Part shown: positions 12,251-24,942 of the stretch, in pieces
Layout of the letters: the number at the start of each line of letters is the position of its first letter
How positions within the stretch are numbered: position 1 is the stretch's first letter
Origin: Carcharhinus longimanus
Lineage: Eukaryota
NCBI GenBank assembly: GCA_030264375.1
Contig: JASCQW010000043.1
Coordinates: 52,575,760-52,639,759 of the forward strand
Direction: 5' to 3'
Length of the DNA stretch: 64,000 bases
Translations under genes and position numbers: made by a program
The notes under the pieces: model-generated
The model's input: the letters and a program-made list of their open reading frames with translations, nothing else
Told to the model about the DNA's origin: nothing
Databases searched by the model: none

Positions 12251-13019
12251 TTTTGCATCCAACGACATTTCTGATTGATGGAAGTACAGCAGATTAATGT
12301 ATATGTGGGGATAAGAGAACAGGGTGATAACGCAGAAGGACAACTGTAATCTTACTGAATGGAGAAGTCTTAAGGTACGTACGGCCTATTCCCATTTATT
12401 CTGTTCTTATATGTCGCACTCAACTTGATCATTTGTTTAAGATCATGGAATTTTACTGCCACATCTATCATGGGAATCAGGGTGGATGAAGGGAGGAGCA
12501 TAGGAAGGTCTGTTGACCTCGGGCGGGATTTTACAGTTTCGGGACAGTTTACGAGACCGTAAATTCCTGTCTCACATTTGCAATCTTGCCAGTCAGGTTG
12601 AGACTTAGCCACATGTGAGGTAAAGGACTTCACAGATTAATAATGTGCAAAGTATACTGCAGGCCTAGATATATGGACACAACCCCTATGTCAATGGCAG
12701 ATGATGTTCACATTTGCCATTGGAGGTACCCAGAGGTCAGATGCAATGTGTGAAAACAATCCAAGAGGAATCTAATGGGAAATGCCACTTCATTGATAAG
12801 GAAATGAGCCAATTCTGCCAGCCTCTTAATACTTAATTCTAAATCATGTTTCAGGAGCCACTATTTTGAAGAAGCTTCAAAGGACTGAGATTATAATGTA
12901 TTTGGATAAATTGTTTAACAAAAAGCAAGTTGTGACTTGTGTATGTAGGCCATGATAGTGTAGTGACTTTATTTTGTGTTTGACAATAAATATCTTTCTT
13001 TCCACTCAGGCTTCTGCGT

Positions 13020-13445
13020 TTTTACAAGCAGGAGTGAAAGATTTTAGCTATGAGCAAAGATTAGGTAGAACAGGGCTGTTTTCTTTGCAACAGAGGAAGC
13101 TAAGGGGAGATTTAATGATTTATATAAAATTATGAACTGGATAGGAAGGGCCTACTTCCATTAATAGAATGGTTAAGGACCAGGAGTCTGGATTTGAAGC
13201 AACTGTTGGAAGGATTAGCAAGGCTTTGAGGAAAATGTTTACTACCCAGAGGGTGGTGGGGGTCAAAACTCAATGTCTGAAAGCATGTCAGAGACAGAAA
13301 TCCTCGGCTTTCTAAATAAGTATGTATGAAACTGCACTTAAGGTGCCATAGGCTACAGACCAAGAGCTGGAAGGTGGGAGTAGACTAGATAGTTTTTTCT
13401 GGTCAGCTTGGACCCAATGGGCCAAATGCTGCTTTGCCATGCTAC
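13020..13445 (+). mobile_element. Older CR1 3' end
   Basis: SYEQRLGRTGLFSLQQRKLRGDLMIYIK and FTTQRVVG motifs. Confidence 0.8.
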
Positions 13446-14084
13446 TGTTTAAATACATGAGCTTGTTCCTATGATGCCTCCTGATTTCTTCATATTCTGT
13501 TCAGCATTAATTCTGATACCATTTGTGTTAGATCATTTATCCACTAACAGAATGGTTAACCCACAAAAAAACTGAGCAACAAGAATATAACAATTCAGAT
13601 AACAGCATAACATGCCAGGAACTAGCTCATGGATTCCTCTCAGAGTGGGAACTAAAATCGCACCACTATAAAAGTTACTTGCTGTAGATTATCTAATAGC
13701 TCTTGTATAGGAAGGTGATGCAATTCTTGGTAAGATACAGTGACACTTCAGGGCAGGCAATGAATGTGGTCATGCCAATGTTACCATCATAAAAATGCAT
13801 TTAAAAATTCTCTTCACAACAGAGAGCTGCACTTAGGCTGTTCTACAACCATTCTTTTTAGTGCTGGTTCAACAATTGTAAATGAGGAAATAGAGGATTC
13901 CAATCCTCTGAAACTCACTTTCTTCCCATCAGCTCACAGACGATATAAAGGAAGAATTATTCATTTACTGGGCAAAAATGTAAAAAATACATGCCAGGAG
14001 TAGGTTTAATCTCACCTCCTTTTACTTCTGTGATGCAAAATAATTCCCTACATGTTATATTATTCCAATATGATTAAGGACCCA

Positions 14085-15480
14085 TTTGTTCATACATATG
14101 GTGACACGGGTAACCAGAGTGCTACATCATTCACTGCTGCGCTACAGGCAGAATACCAGTCTCCAGTACATGATGTGATCTGAGTAATATATTCGATGAA
14201 GCTCCTGTATTTAAGTTTAAACGTGGGATTATTTCAAACCGCTGGGAATCACAAAACATAAAACAGTGGTGGCAATTGTCTGTAAAACCAAAGTATTATT
14301 TAAAAAAAATGCTAAATTGAACCAAGAAAATCAACCCAAACAAGTGCAGAGAGAGAAAGAGAAAAAAGGTGAGTGAATTGTGTGAAAACAAAATGGCCAT
14401 CATTCCAGCACCGGATTAATTGGGAGACTGATGATGTCGTAGAAACATTTGAGAATTTTAAACGAATCTGCAAATTGACATTTGGTAGTTTTCTAAAAGG
14501 CACTAGTGAAAATGAAAGGATCAACTCCATTCTTCTGTAGTCAGAAGAAAATGGATTAGTTCTGTTTAATAGCTGGGAAATCAGTGAGAATAGTAAAAAC
14601 CCAGACAAAATTTGAGAACTTAAGCAGACATTTCCATTCAAAGTCAAACTATCAGATCCATCACTATGAATTTTAAAGTCTGAGGCAGGAACTAGGTGAG
14701 ACTGTTAATAATTTCTCAGTGAGATTAAGGAATGTAGCCAGCAAGCATAAACTAAAGGAAATGGATAAAAGGCTGTTATCAATTCATTTGGGATTCTGCA
14801 TAATCTGATGCATCTGCTAAAGACTCTGATTGGAAAATACAAGCTCACAATATGACTGCCAGGGCACAAGAAGCCATGAATGGATGCTGACTACCCAAAT
14901 GGTGAGCCTTCAATTAAGTCAACAAAATGGCAGCAAAGTTGACACAGTGAAACTGCAACAAATAATGCACCCAAGACAGAGAAAGATGAGCAAGAGCTGT
15001 GGGTGACCACAAGGTCACAGGCAGAAGGAAGCATATGGATCGAACTGCAGAGTTTGTGGAGAAGATATGCAGAACAAAGCGAGAAGATTGTAAAAGAGAT
15101 ATCAGAAATACATCAACAGGACAAATGAGAAAGAATCCAAAATATCCATGCCCTGGCGGATAACAGTCAGTGTGAAGTCACTATAGACGTAGAACCATAC
15201 AACTGCATGAATGTGACAGTTCCCAGGGAACAGAAATACACACAATCATTCAGATCTAGAAGAAAGTGAGGAATAAGCCTACAACTACAAATCCAAAGCT
15301 GGACCTTGATAGCAAAGCACAGAATAATATCATCCCACTCAGACGACACAGGCGGATATTTCCTGAAAATCTGAAATCAAATGGTTACCATAGAAAGATG
15401 ATTGAAAACTCAGCAACATGGCAGCATTTAGTGGAACTCAAATTCAACTAAGAATAACCCAATGAGGGACTTACAAAGGA
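14085..15480 (+). mobile_element. Decayed Gypsy-type LTR retrotransposon, 5' part (LTR end, PBS, gag, protease)
   Basis: ...AACA-G-TGGTGGCA PBS-like junction at 14262-14274, gag-like DVVETFENFKRICKLTFGSFLKGTSENERINSILL, and protease-like LDSKAQNNIIPL at about 15305. Confidence 0.65.
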
Positions 15481-16095
15481 NNNNNNNNNNNNNNNNNNNN
15501 NNNNNNNNNNNNNNNNNNNNNNNNNNNNNNNNNNNNNNNNNNNNNNNNNNNNNNNNNNNNNNNNNNNNNNNNNNNNNNNNNNNNNNNNNNNNNNNNNNNN
15601 NNNNNNNNNNNNNNNNNNNNNNNNNNNNNNNNNNNNNNNNNNNNNNNNNNNNNNNNNNNNNNNNNNNNNNNNNNNNNNNNNNNNNNNNNNNNNNNNNNNN
15701 NNNNNNNNNNNNNNNNNNNNNNNNNNNNNNNNNNNNNNNNNNNNNNNNNNNNNNNNNNNNNNNNNNNNNNNNNNNNNNNNNNNNNNNNNNNNNNNNNNNN
15801 NNNNNNNNNNNNNNNNNNNNNNNNNNNNNNNNNNNNNNNNNNNNNNNNNNNNNNNNNNNNNNNNNNNNNNNNNNNNNNNNNNNNNNNNNNNNNNNNNNNN
15901 NNNNNNNNNNNNNNNNNNNNNNNNNNNNNNNNNNNNNNNNNNNNNNNNNNNNNNNNNNNNNNNNNNNNNNNNNNNNNNNNNNNNNNNNNNNNNNNNNNNN
16001 NNNNNNNNNNNNNNNNNNNNNNNNNNNNNNNNNNNNNNNNNNNNNNNNNNNNNNNNNNNNNNNNNNNNNNNNNNNNNNNNNNNNNNNNNNNNNNN

Positions 16096-16312
16096 ATTCC
16101 CAATCCAAGCTGACAAGACAGGGCTCTCACCTCCTGTCTTGGGCTTGATCTACATGATCCAAGCTGATTGGACTCGGCATAGCTCCTCCGCCAAGGCTTG
16201 ATCTCATTTGCATCTTAGACAAAAGGCCAAGATGCCACTTTAAAAAATTGCTTCAAATGAAGCTGAAATGTAACCTAATGACTTCAACCAAGTGCAGCAT
16301 GTCAATACTACA
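16096..16312 (-). mobile_element. LTR-like fragment
   Basis: Minus strand starts TGTAGTATTGACA and contains octamer and CCAAT-like motifs. Truncated by the gap. Confidence 0.4.
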
Positions 16313-17709
16313 CTTGATCTTACAAATCCACAAGAAAGATCCACAACTAACTGATACTGTGAATAATGTTTTTTGCGAAAATGAAATAACAGACTCAGTG
16401 TGTTCAATTTAATTACAGAGTTTAATTGGTAATCTTTAATTTAGACATAGTTTGTAAAAAGATTCATGATTGGCATACTTATATTAATGTATGGAGGCAT
16501 TATATTTTTTCAGAAAGATGGATGTTATATTATCCTAACATTATTCCAGAGTTTTATATTCATGTGCACGTATACATAAGTATCCAAAGTGCCACATCAC
16601 TTACGACTGCACTACAGTGAGGGTACCAAGAAATAAACTGTCCATAGTAAATGGTGTGATCTGAAAAATTCATTCAATCCAGCATTTGAGTTTGAAAGTG
16701 TGATTATTTCATACTTCACGGAACCACAGACATAACACTACCCAATGTGGAACCCGGGCTGTGCCCAACATGTGACACAGCAGCTGGAAATTTCCCCGCA
16801 TCTGGTTTCAGGAATCTGTACAATGGTGTGTAAGGACATAATTTTTGCACAATGTTCTCTATTTCAGCAATAAAAAGAAAGTAATCCATTTGTACCAAAT
16901 GTACCAAGGTGTAAAAATGAGTATGAGCTTTTCACTAAGAAAGCAAAAGAACCTTTACAATGAAGTTACAGTCCCAAGTATAGTGCTTCATGTTATACAG
17001 GATATAAATACCATGGAGAGATTGAAACTTGTGTTGGAATATGTTTGCTAAGAACCAGGCTTCCTGAATTAGTTCCTATTAATCCCGATAGCAAATTGAA
17101 AACTGAACCTTAGCGGCCTTCATAATTTTTCTGAAGATTTAACAACGCTCCTCCAGTCAACCCCTTGGAGTGTTCATTTGAACTTCTAGGCAATGGACAC
17201 ATTCCCAGTCAGGTTTATTCATGGCAGTCTTTAACCATGGGCATTCTGCAGAAGCAACTATTTTAATTGCAAAAACTGAACACAAACTCCTATTTGATCT
17301 AATATTTATAAATCTCACTGAGCACAGATAATCCCCCAGTCAGTCTCAAAGGAAGCCTTTCACTTTACACTCCAAATAATCTTGTTTTATTAGCACAATA
17401 ATATTTTGTGAATAATATGGAAGAGCAGATTTAATAAAATAGCAGTAAGCAATAGAAATAAACAATTTCCTCAGTATCCATAATGTTCAATGATTGTGAA
17501 TATGGAAGTAACTCAGCCTGAATATATATGATTACTCCAACTCATAAACACATCATAGTCAAACATTGTTTTTATTGATTATTATTATTGGAATTCTTAG
17601 CTAAAGAACTAAACCCATTGTACAAAATTGAAAAAGGTAGGAAGGGAACAATGGCATCATATCTGTTCACACACATACGTACAAATACATATTACATATA
17701 CATAAAGCA

Positions 17710-18160
17710 TGTTTAATGTACTAAAATGTCCCTAGGCACTTTACAGCATAATCAAACAAAACTTGACACCAACCCATCCAAGAGATACAGGTGATAGGTC
17801 GGTTTTAAGGAGTATCCTAGATGAAGAAATATAGAGGCGGCAGAGAGGTTTGTGGGGGAATTCTGGAATCTGGGCTTAGGAAGCTGATGGCAAGATTGTC
17901 AATGGAAAGATTAAAATCAGAGTTGCACAAGAGACTGGACCTGGAGGAGTGATGTGTCTCACAGTGTAAGACTGTAGGAGATGACAATGGTAGGGCTAAG
18001 ATCATTGAAAGATCTAAAGACCTGAATGAGAACGTCATGACATTGAGGAACCAGGAACCACATAGGTCTGCAAGTACAAGGGTGATGTATGAATGGGACT
18101 TGGTATAAACTACGGCACAGGCAGCAAAGTTTTGGATGAGCTTAAGTTGATGAAGGGTGA
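17710..18160 (-). mobile_element. Old L2-like LINE 3' fragment
   Basis: Tail AATGTACTAAAATGTCCCTAGGCACTTTACA resembles, in reverse, the L2/Deu-SINE 3' ends at 41080-41130 and 57630-57685. Confidence 0.6.
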
Positions 18161-19217
18161 AACTCCAACTCTAGCTAGATTGGAAAGACGGTCCATTGTT
18201 TCTCGTGGGTGAATTCACTCTGATATGCATTTGGGAACTAACCAATCACATGGGTGGTGAAAATTTTCTGCCATTAGTCAGCTGAGTATTGATTTAAACA
18301 TTAAACCCCCTGAAAACATCAAAAAGATAGTTAGGATGAGGTAAAACATTGCCGTTTGGCTTTCACTGCATCTAGCTGAACATTAATTTGATCCCTGACT
18401 AAAAAAAATGAAATGTTCTCATTAAAAATCTGTAGTGTTGGTTTCTAATGACTTTTCACATAACAGCAGATAGCAGATGAGCACATTTGTAACTAAACCT
18501 GTTGTTTACAAATTGTTTATACTCTGCACAAAATTAACTGTCTCCCCCAGGAAGACAGGATTTTGATTAGTGATACTTCACTGCAGAATTGAGATTGCAG
18601 TCCAAGATCAAAAGTTATGCCAAATCTTGTCATAATTAAGTTGAAGATTTCTTTGGCACACTTGGAGCTTGTAATGAGAATATTGCAGCACTAACACTGG
18701 AAAAGGTGGAAAGACTTTAAATAATCAGATGTGTAGCATCCACCCTTTTAACCTTTGCTTCTGCCCTGGACTTGGAAAACTGTCAATGCCATATTAGATG
18801 GCATTTTATCACAACAGGAAGGTAAATGTCCAATATAATAGAACCACACTTGGAAATTATACCTGTGCATTTATGTAACTAAGAAAGGGTCTCACTCGCT
18901 ATGAACTGACCATGAATACTGAGTGCAAGACTGAGTAACTGGATGTATAATAGGTCACATCACAAGACAACAAACTGCAAAGTCATCTTGAACCATTGCA
19001 ATCATCACAATGCGATACTGGGAGGCAAAAAAGGATTTAAAACTGATTCAGCTTGCTCTGATCACAAATTTAGTGGAATGCATCAGACAGCAGTTACACC
19101 CATGCCTTGACAAAAACTCACAATCATACTAAATTTAAACATACATCTGTGTGGAGATCTGGTCAAAGAACACATTCACTTCTGATTTGCTCTTTAGGGA
19201 TGCAACTTGCACATATT

Positions 19218-20220
19218 GGGGATGATTCTCCAATCCTGCTGTGTGATTTTTTTTAGTGCAGCAGGCTGGGAGATTTTAGCGGGTCTGGATTAGCATGATC
19301 CATGCTTGGCACCTGGCCCCGGGTGCATCTTCCAGTGCCAGATTTCTGGCTCTGTCATCACTGTGCCAGAAATAAACATCAAGCTGCATTATGTATTCAA
19401 TTAAATCTATTTCAACTATTATCAGCGGGCCCGGGGCCCGGGACTCGAGTCTCCAGGCCCGCTAGCCTCCACCGCCAACAAGAATTATTTCACTCCAGTG
19501 AGGTTTACAGTAGCCCCTCGCTTGCAAGGAGCTGGCAGCCCAACCCACTGGAGTGAGGGGAGGGGGGAGGGTGCAACTGAGGCTTCATACAGGGGAGGGG
19601 GAGGGGGAGTGCTACCTGAGCACCTTGGCAGTGTCAACCTGGGCCCCCTAGCACTATCCAAAGGGTAAAGTGGCAATACTAGGTGCACCCTGGCATTGTC
19701 CATCAGGCAAAGGGCAGTGTGAAAGTGGTGAGGTCTCAGAGTGATTGGTGGGGCTCGGGAGTCCCGCTGCCGCTCTGCATACAGATCGCAAGCAGAGGGA
19801 AGGAGACCAGCAATCACAGCTGGTCATCGGGATGTAGAGGGGGAGGCAGTTTCAGGCTGGACCCGGACACGCTTAAGGGGCAGCGAATGGGCCATGGGAG
19901 GCGTTGCGAGAATCATGAGTCTGGCCAACGATCGAGCTGGCCAACAATCGGGAGGCCGGCAGACAGGGGCCACTGCGCATGCATAGATCTCGGTACTGAC
20001 AAATCGGTGCATGTGCAGTGGCCTGCTCCGTGCTATGCTGCCAGCCTCGCCAATGGGAATAGGCCATCCACTGATTTCCAATGTGATTTATGCTGGTGCG
20101 CTCAGCAGTGCACAGAGTGTGGGAGAGTCTTTTCAGAACTCTCACTGAAAAAACCAGTGTGACTTATTCCATTTTTCACACAAATTCAACAATTGGAATT
20201 TTATTGGGAGAATCGCCCCC
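19218..20220. mobile_element. Non-autonomous DNA transposon (PIF/Harbinger-like MITE, about 1 kb)
   Basis: TIRs GGGGATGATTCTCCAA and TTGGGAGAATCGCCCCC. 3-bp TSD ATT at 19215-19217 and 20221-20223. GC/CpG-rich interior with no credible ORF. Confidence 0.8.
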
Positions 20221-22689
20221 ATTATGTACCAAATCCGGTACACAAGATTTGAGTTTCACTAAGAACTGGTTGCTCCTTAAATGACACGATGAAAAGTATT
20301 TCCAATGTTAATGATCTAATTGTGTGACACGCACTGCTGCTACTTGTCAACGTCAATGGACTGAATTTTCACTAAGTCGAGATGACTTGGGAGCCCTGTA
20401 AATCTGACAGGTGGGTACTGATTTCAGAATTCCCAACCCCATTCCTGAGCTGAATGATTTTTGTTAGTACTGTTACGAAGTTACATATATGAGGTTGGTG
20501 TTTGACAAATGTAAACATTGAAAATAAATTCTGAAACCAAAAGAAGAGATTATGTAACATTGGCTCTTTAAAAAGCGTGTGTTTTGTGCCTGGATTTTTA
20601 AATTGAAGAAAGCAGGCTGCAGAAGCCAATTTTGCAACGTTGTGTCAAAAGCCAAGAAGCCAGAGTTCCAACATAACAAACAGACTTTTGGATTGGACCA
20701 ATGAGTTTAAAGCAAACACTCAAAAACACAGAACCAACTGAATTTAAATTTGAATGTTGTTGACAGCCTCAAGCCATTCAAACTGCAAAAGTGTGAGATA
20801 ATTCTAGATATTAAAACCCAAACAAGGGGAATAATTGGTTATTGCGTAATATTGCCACCTCTTTGGTCAGAGAAAGGGAGAGGTGAGTGTTTCATGTAGA
20901 ATCTTGCAGTTTAATGTACGGCCTCATAAAACGTACCATCTACAGTCAGAAAATAGATCAACTCGGAAGGTGTGTCAGACCTGAACAGCAAAGACCTTCA
21001 GACTTCATATATCCTTTTGAAAATGACTGGAATGTATAAGCCTCTGTTTCATTCATGAGTCTTGTATTATTCAGACAGCATTCTATTGGGGAGTTTATTC
21101 AGTTTGTTAATTGTTTAAATACGGTTGTCACCAGTTTTAAAATAGAGACCTGTTAATTGTTCATGATAGATGTGTCCAATCCTACTTTAATTTACCTAAA
21201 CCTCCTACTCCCTCACACACACTTACTTAAGATTGCGAGGTGAGATAAATCCATTTGGTCTAGGGACAGTGGGAGAAAAATATGAAATATGCAAGGAAAT
21301 TTAAACCAACAACAAAGAGGCAACATATCTTAGAAAAGCAAAGAACAGGATAAGAATAACAAACATCAGTAATTGTCAATCAACCAAATTAAACCTTAGT
21401 CTGAAACTCCAGAGGATACCCCAAGAATGAGATAAGAATGACAGATTCGGAACCTGTAGTAACAATAGGATGTGTAAAAAAAAAACTTTAAACAAAGATT
21501 CTCATGACTTTCAAAATGTTAAACTCATTTCACTCCAAGGCAATAAAAATATAATTCAGACCATTTAAAGTTTCAATAACCGAAAACACCAACCCCTGAA
21601 ACTACTTAACCTTGTGTAAGCTAACACTGAGATCAGAGAGCCAGGGCTGTCAGTTAATCAAGTTTTCTCTGGGATGCAGCTGTTTCACCAAGAGTAACAG
21701 GTTTCAGCACTCTCAGGTGGCTGAGAGAGTTATGGGAACATGCAGGAAAGTGGAATTAAATTCACAGTTACATCAGCCATGATCTTATTGAATAGTGCAG
21801 CAGGCTTGATGGACCATTTTTGCTTACAGTTGCTTCTGTTTCTTATAATCTTATGCGAAGAAACAGGAAGGCTCGAGACTGATGGCAGCGTCAGGGTCTC
21901 CTCTCTCAGGGGATACAAGGCAGGAAAGATGAAAGTAAATAGATATTTAGAAACAAAGGAAAGGGAATGAACTTTTCAATTCCTTAAAGCCTGTTCCACC
22001 ATTCCATTAGATGATGGCCAATTTATGCGTTTGTCTCCCACGTTACACATTCAGATGCTCATGCTTCTGTTTCTAATTGGACTGCATAAAGTCTCCTGAC
22101 TAAGTTTTACGATAAGGTATTTGCAGGACTCCGTGAGGATCAATGTCCAAAGGAACCAAATATCTGAGAAGGTGATCTCAGCAAGTCTGGTGAAAATCCA
22201 ATAAAACATTTTTAAATTATTGAGGTAACAAATTGTTGTACAAGGACGGACTATTTATTCGAGATCCATGGCTGGCTGCACTAATATTTACCAGCTTGTC
22301 TATTTTCAAAAGGAACCCAGAGGCTGACGAGAGGAAATTATTTATCGAGGTTGACAAAAATCCAATAAAGGTGAGACTTGGTTGTTTACAGGCATTTAGA
22401 TGAGATTAGCACTGTGCTAACTGATTATTTTGGGAATCAAATACCCAATGAATTATTAAACAGATGATTCAGCTGTTGGTCTAAGTTAAACCACAATAAA
22501 AATAGTGCAACTTCCACAGTTAAATGTGGTGCTGTTTTACAAAATTTGTGAACAAAATCAAACTTGCTCAAACTGAAGTCCCAAAGCAAATATTTATCCA
22601 CAAATATTGATACGTGCATCACCTGGTCCATAAAGTAAAAGGTTAAAGCACTTTGCACGTTGGTCATTCAAGAATGTTGGTTATTTCCA

Positions 22690-22840
22690 GTGAAGCTTTT
22701 TCCCAGGTTGGATGCAAAAATCATGAGGGGTCACGGGCTCAAGGTGAGAGGGACGAGGTATATTTCAGATGTTAGAGGGATGTTTTTCACACAGAGGGTT
22801 GTGGGGGCCTGGAATGCACTGCCAAGTAGGGTGGTGGAGG
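22690..22840 (+). mobile_element. CR1 3' fragment
   Basis: LFPR...RGHGLKVRG...FFTQRVVGAWNALPSRVVE. Confidence 0.85.
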
Positions 22841-23519
22841 NNNNNNNNNNNNNNNNNNNNNNNNNNNNNNNNNNNNNNNNNNNNNNNNNNNNNNNNNNNN
22901 NNNNNNNNNNNNNNNNNNNNNNNNNNNNNNNNNNNNNNNNNNNNNNNNNNNNNNNNNNNNNNNNNNNNNNNNNNNNNNNNNNNNNNNNNNNNNNNNNNNN
23001 NNNNNNNNNNNNNNNNNNNNNNNNNNNNNNNNNNNNNNNNNNNNNNNNNNNNNNNNNNNNNNNNNNNNNNNNNNNNNNNNNNNNNNNNNNNNNNNNNNNN
23101 NNNNNNNNNNNNNNNNNNNNNNNNNNNNNNNNNNNNNNNNNNNNNNNNNNNNNNNNNNNNNNNNNNNNNNNNNNNNNNNNNNNNNNNNNNNNNNNNNNNN
23201 NNNNNNNNNNNNNNNNNNNNNNNNNNNNNNNNNNNNNNNNNNNNNNNNNNNNNNNNNNNNNNNNNNNNNNNNNNNNNNNNNNNNNNNNNNNNNNNNNNNN
23301 NNNNNNNNNNNNNNNNNNNNNNNNNNNNNNNNNNNNNNNNNNNNNNNNNNNNNNNNNNNNNNNNNNNNNNNNNNNNNNNNNNNNNNNNNNGGTGTTAATA
23401 AATTGTCCCTAAATTGGATCTCCCTTAATCTGGCGCACATATAATTCCCTAAATTTGCACCCCTTTATTATGGAGTCCACCAGATGTAGACAAAAGTCGT
23501 AGGTAGGAGGAGGATTGGA

Positions 23520-23606
23520 ATAAGGCACTCAGAGTGTTAAAATGGGCGGTGCGGGCTTGTGGGGCCAAAGGGCCTGTTTCCTGTGCTGTACTGTTCTTTG
23601 TTGTTT
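23520..23606 (+). mobile_element. CR1/SINE 3' tail
   Basis: GGGCTTGTGGGGCCAAAGGGCCTGTTTCCTGTGCTGTACTGTTCTTTGTT. Confidence 0.7.
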
Positions 23607-24272
23607 GGAATAAAGTCTAAATAATTGGCTAAAGTCCCCCAACTAAACTGAACTGAGACCATCTATGTGGAAGAAATGAAATCAGACCCTTGCACTGACA
23701 TGTACTGAGTCGTTAGCATTTCTGATGTCACCAGCAGATGTTTTTCCATAGACATTCACCATTTCAGAGTCATCGTCAATTCATCAACATTAGGAGGAAA
23801 TGGCCAAAGCAAATTTGAAATTTACACTCTACAGTTTGTGCTATGAGTTACTAAGGCCTAATTACAAGATATATATACTGCTGCACCATGTCTCACAAGA
23901 TTGGCAAGATAGATCGGTGTCAAGATGGAGATTCTGCTTTGTAAAATCATTATGCTATAGATAAATTACTAGTGTATAATTAGCATAGTACTTGCAAGAT
24001 CTGTCAAAGTTCAATGCTAAATTACTTGCATGGCAATTACTGAATTTTAGTTTAACAAGATTTGGATTTGGTCCCAAATTCCCAAAGAATTTTCAACATC
24101 CTGGAATAATTCTAATCCTGCAGCATTGCTGATTTTGTTTTGCGTGTATCTGTGATTTCCTGAAGTCCATCAGATAAAAGTGTGTATTATATTTATTATT
24201 GACATTGGATCGTGGCTCTTACTGGCATTCATAAAACCTATTGCACACATTATTAATATTGTACAGAAAGTA

Positions 24273-24466
24273 GTAAAAAGTCTGACAACACCAGGTTTAA
24301 GTCCAACCGATTTATTTTATTTGAGTTCTCTCCATTCACCTGAAGAAGGGACAAGCCCCCAAAGCTTGTGGGTTTACTATCAAATAAATCGGTTGGACTT
24401 AAACCTGGTGTTGTCAGACTTTTTACCGTGTTTACCCCAGTCCAACACCGGCATATCCACATCATA
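24273..24466 (+). mobile_element. Short fold-back Penelope-like retroelement
   Basis: Perfect 45-bp inverted repeat (24273-24317 and 24382-24426). 12-bp TSD GTACAGAAAGTA at 24261-24272 and 24467-24478. The loop contains a CTGAAGA..CAAAG hammerhead-like core. Confidence 0.8.
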
Positions 24467-24559
24467 GTACAGAAAGTACCCATACGAATGCACATTGCTA
24501 TCGTTACATGGATAAACATTTGGAGCAAAGGAAGAATTAAGCTGAAAGGATATGGAGGA

Positions 24560-24942
24560 ATGAGGTACAACCACAGAATGTCCCAAAACACTTCACAGCC
24601 AATCAGGTACATTTGAAATGTTACTCTTGTAATCTAGGAAATTAATCACTCAATTTCGACACAGCAACCTCTATCAAAAAGCTTCATATGACCAGATTTT
24701 GCGAGATAATTAATGACCTTGATACCAGGGACAACTCCTCTTCTCTTCTTTGGAAAGTGCCATTGGTTTTTTGAGAGGGCAGAAGAGCCTCAGTCGAACG
24801 TAACATCCAAAAGATAATACCTCCGACAGTGCAGCACTCTTCCAGTCTCCTTCTCCAAAGAGTCAGCTTTGATTTTTGAATTCAAGTCCAGAACTGGGAC
24901 TACAATCTTCATACTCATAGGTAAGATTACTACTTACTGAGT
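24560..24942 (-). mobile_element. Deu-domain SINE (SacSINE1/AmnSINE-like)
   Basis: Reverse similarity to 40705-41135 (CACTTCACAGCCAATC, AGTGCCAT, CCTCCGACAGTGCAGCACTC). Confidence 0.7.

Noticed and set aside
19302-20284. Cluster of ORFs in a GC-rich region suggesting a gene or CpG-island promoter (likewise 50644-51431)
   Set aside because: Both lie inside TIR-bounded MITEs. High GC lowers stop frequency, and no protein motifs are recognisable.
20490-21240. Possible LTR-like repeats (also 58920-59450 and 61780-62392)
   Set aside because: Composition is suggestive, but I could not verify TG..CA termini with a TSD, so they are not called.
24180-24616. Overlapping ORFs on both strands sharing KSLTTPGLSPTDLF
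   Set aside because: This results from the 45-bp inverted repeat, not from a protein repeat.
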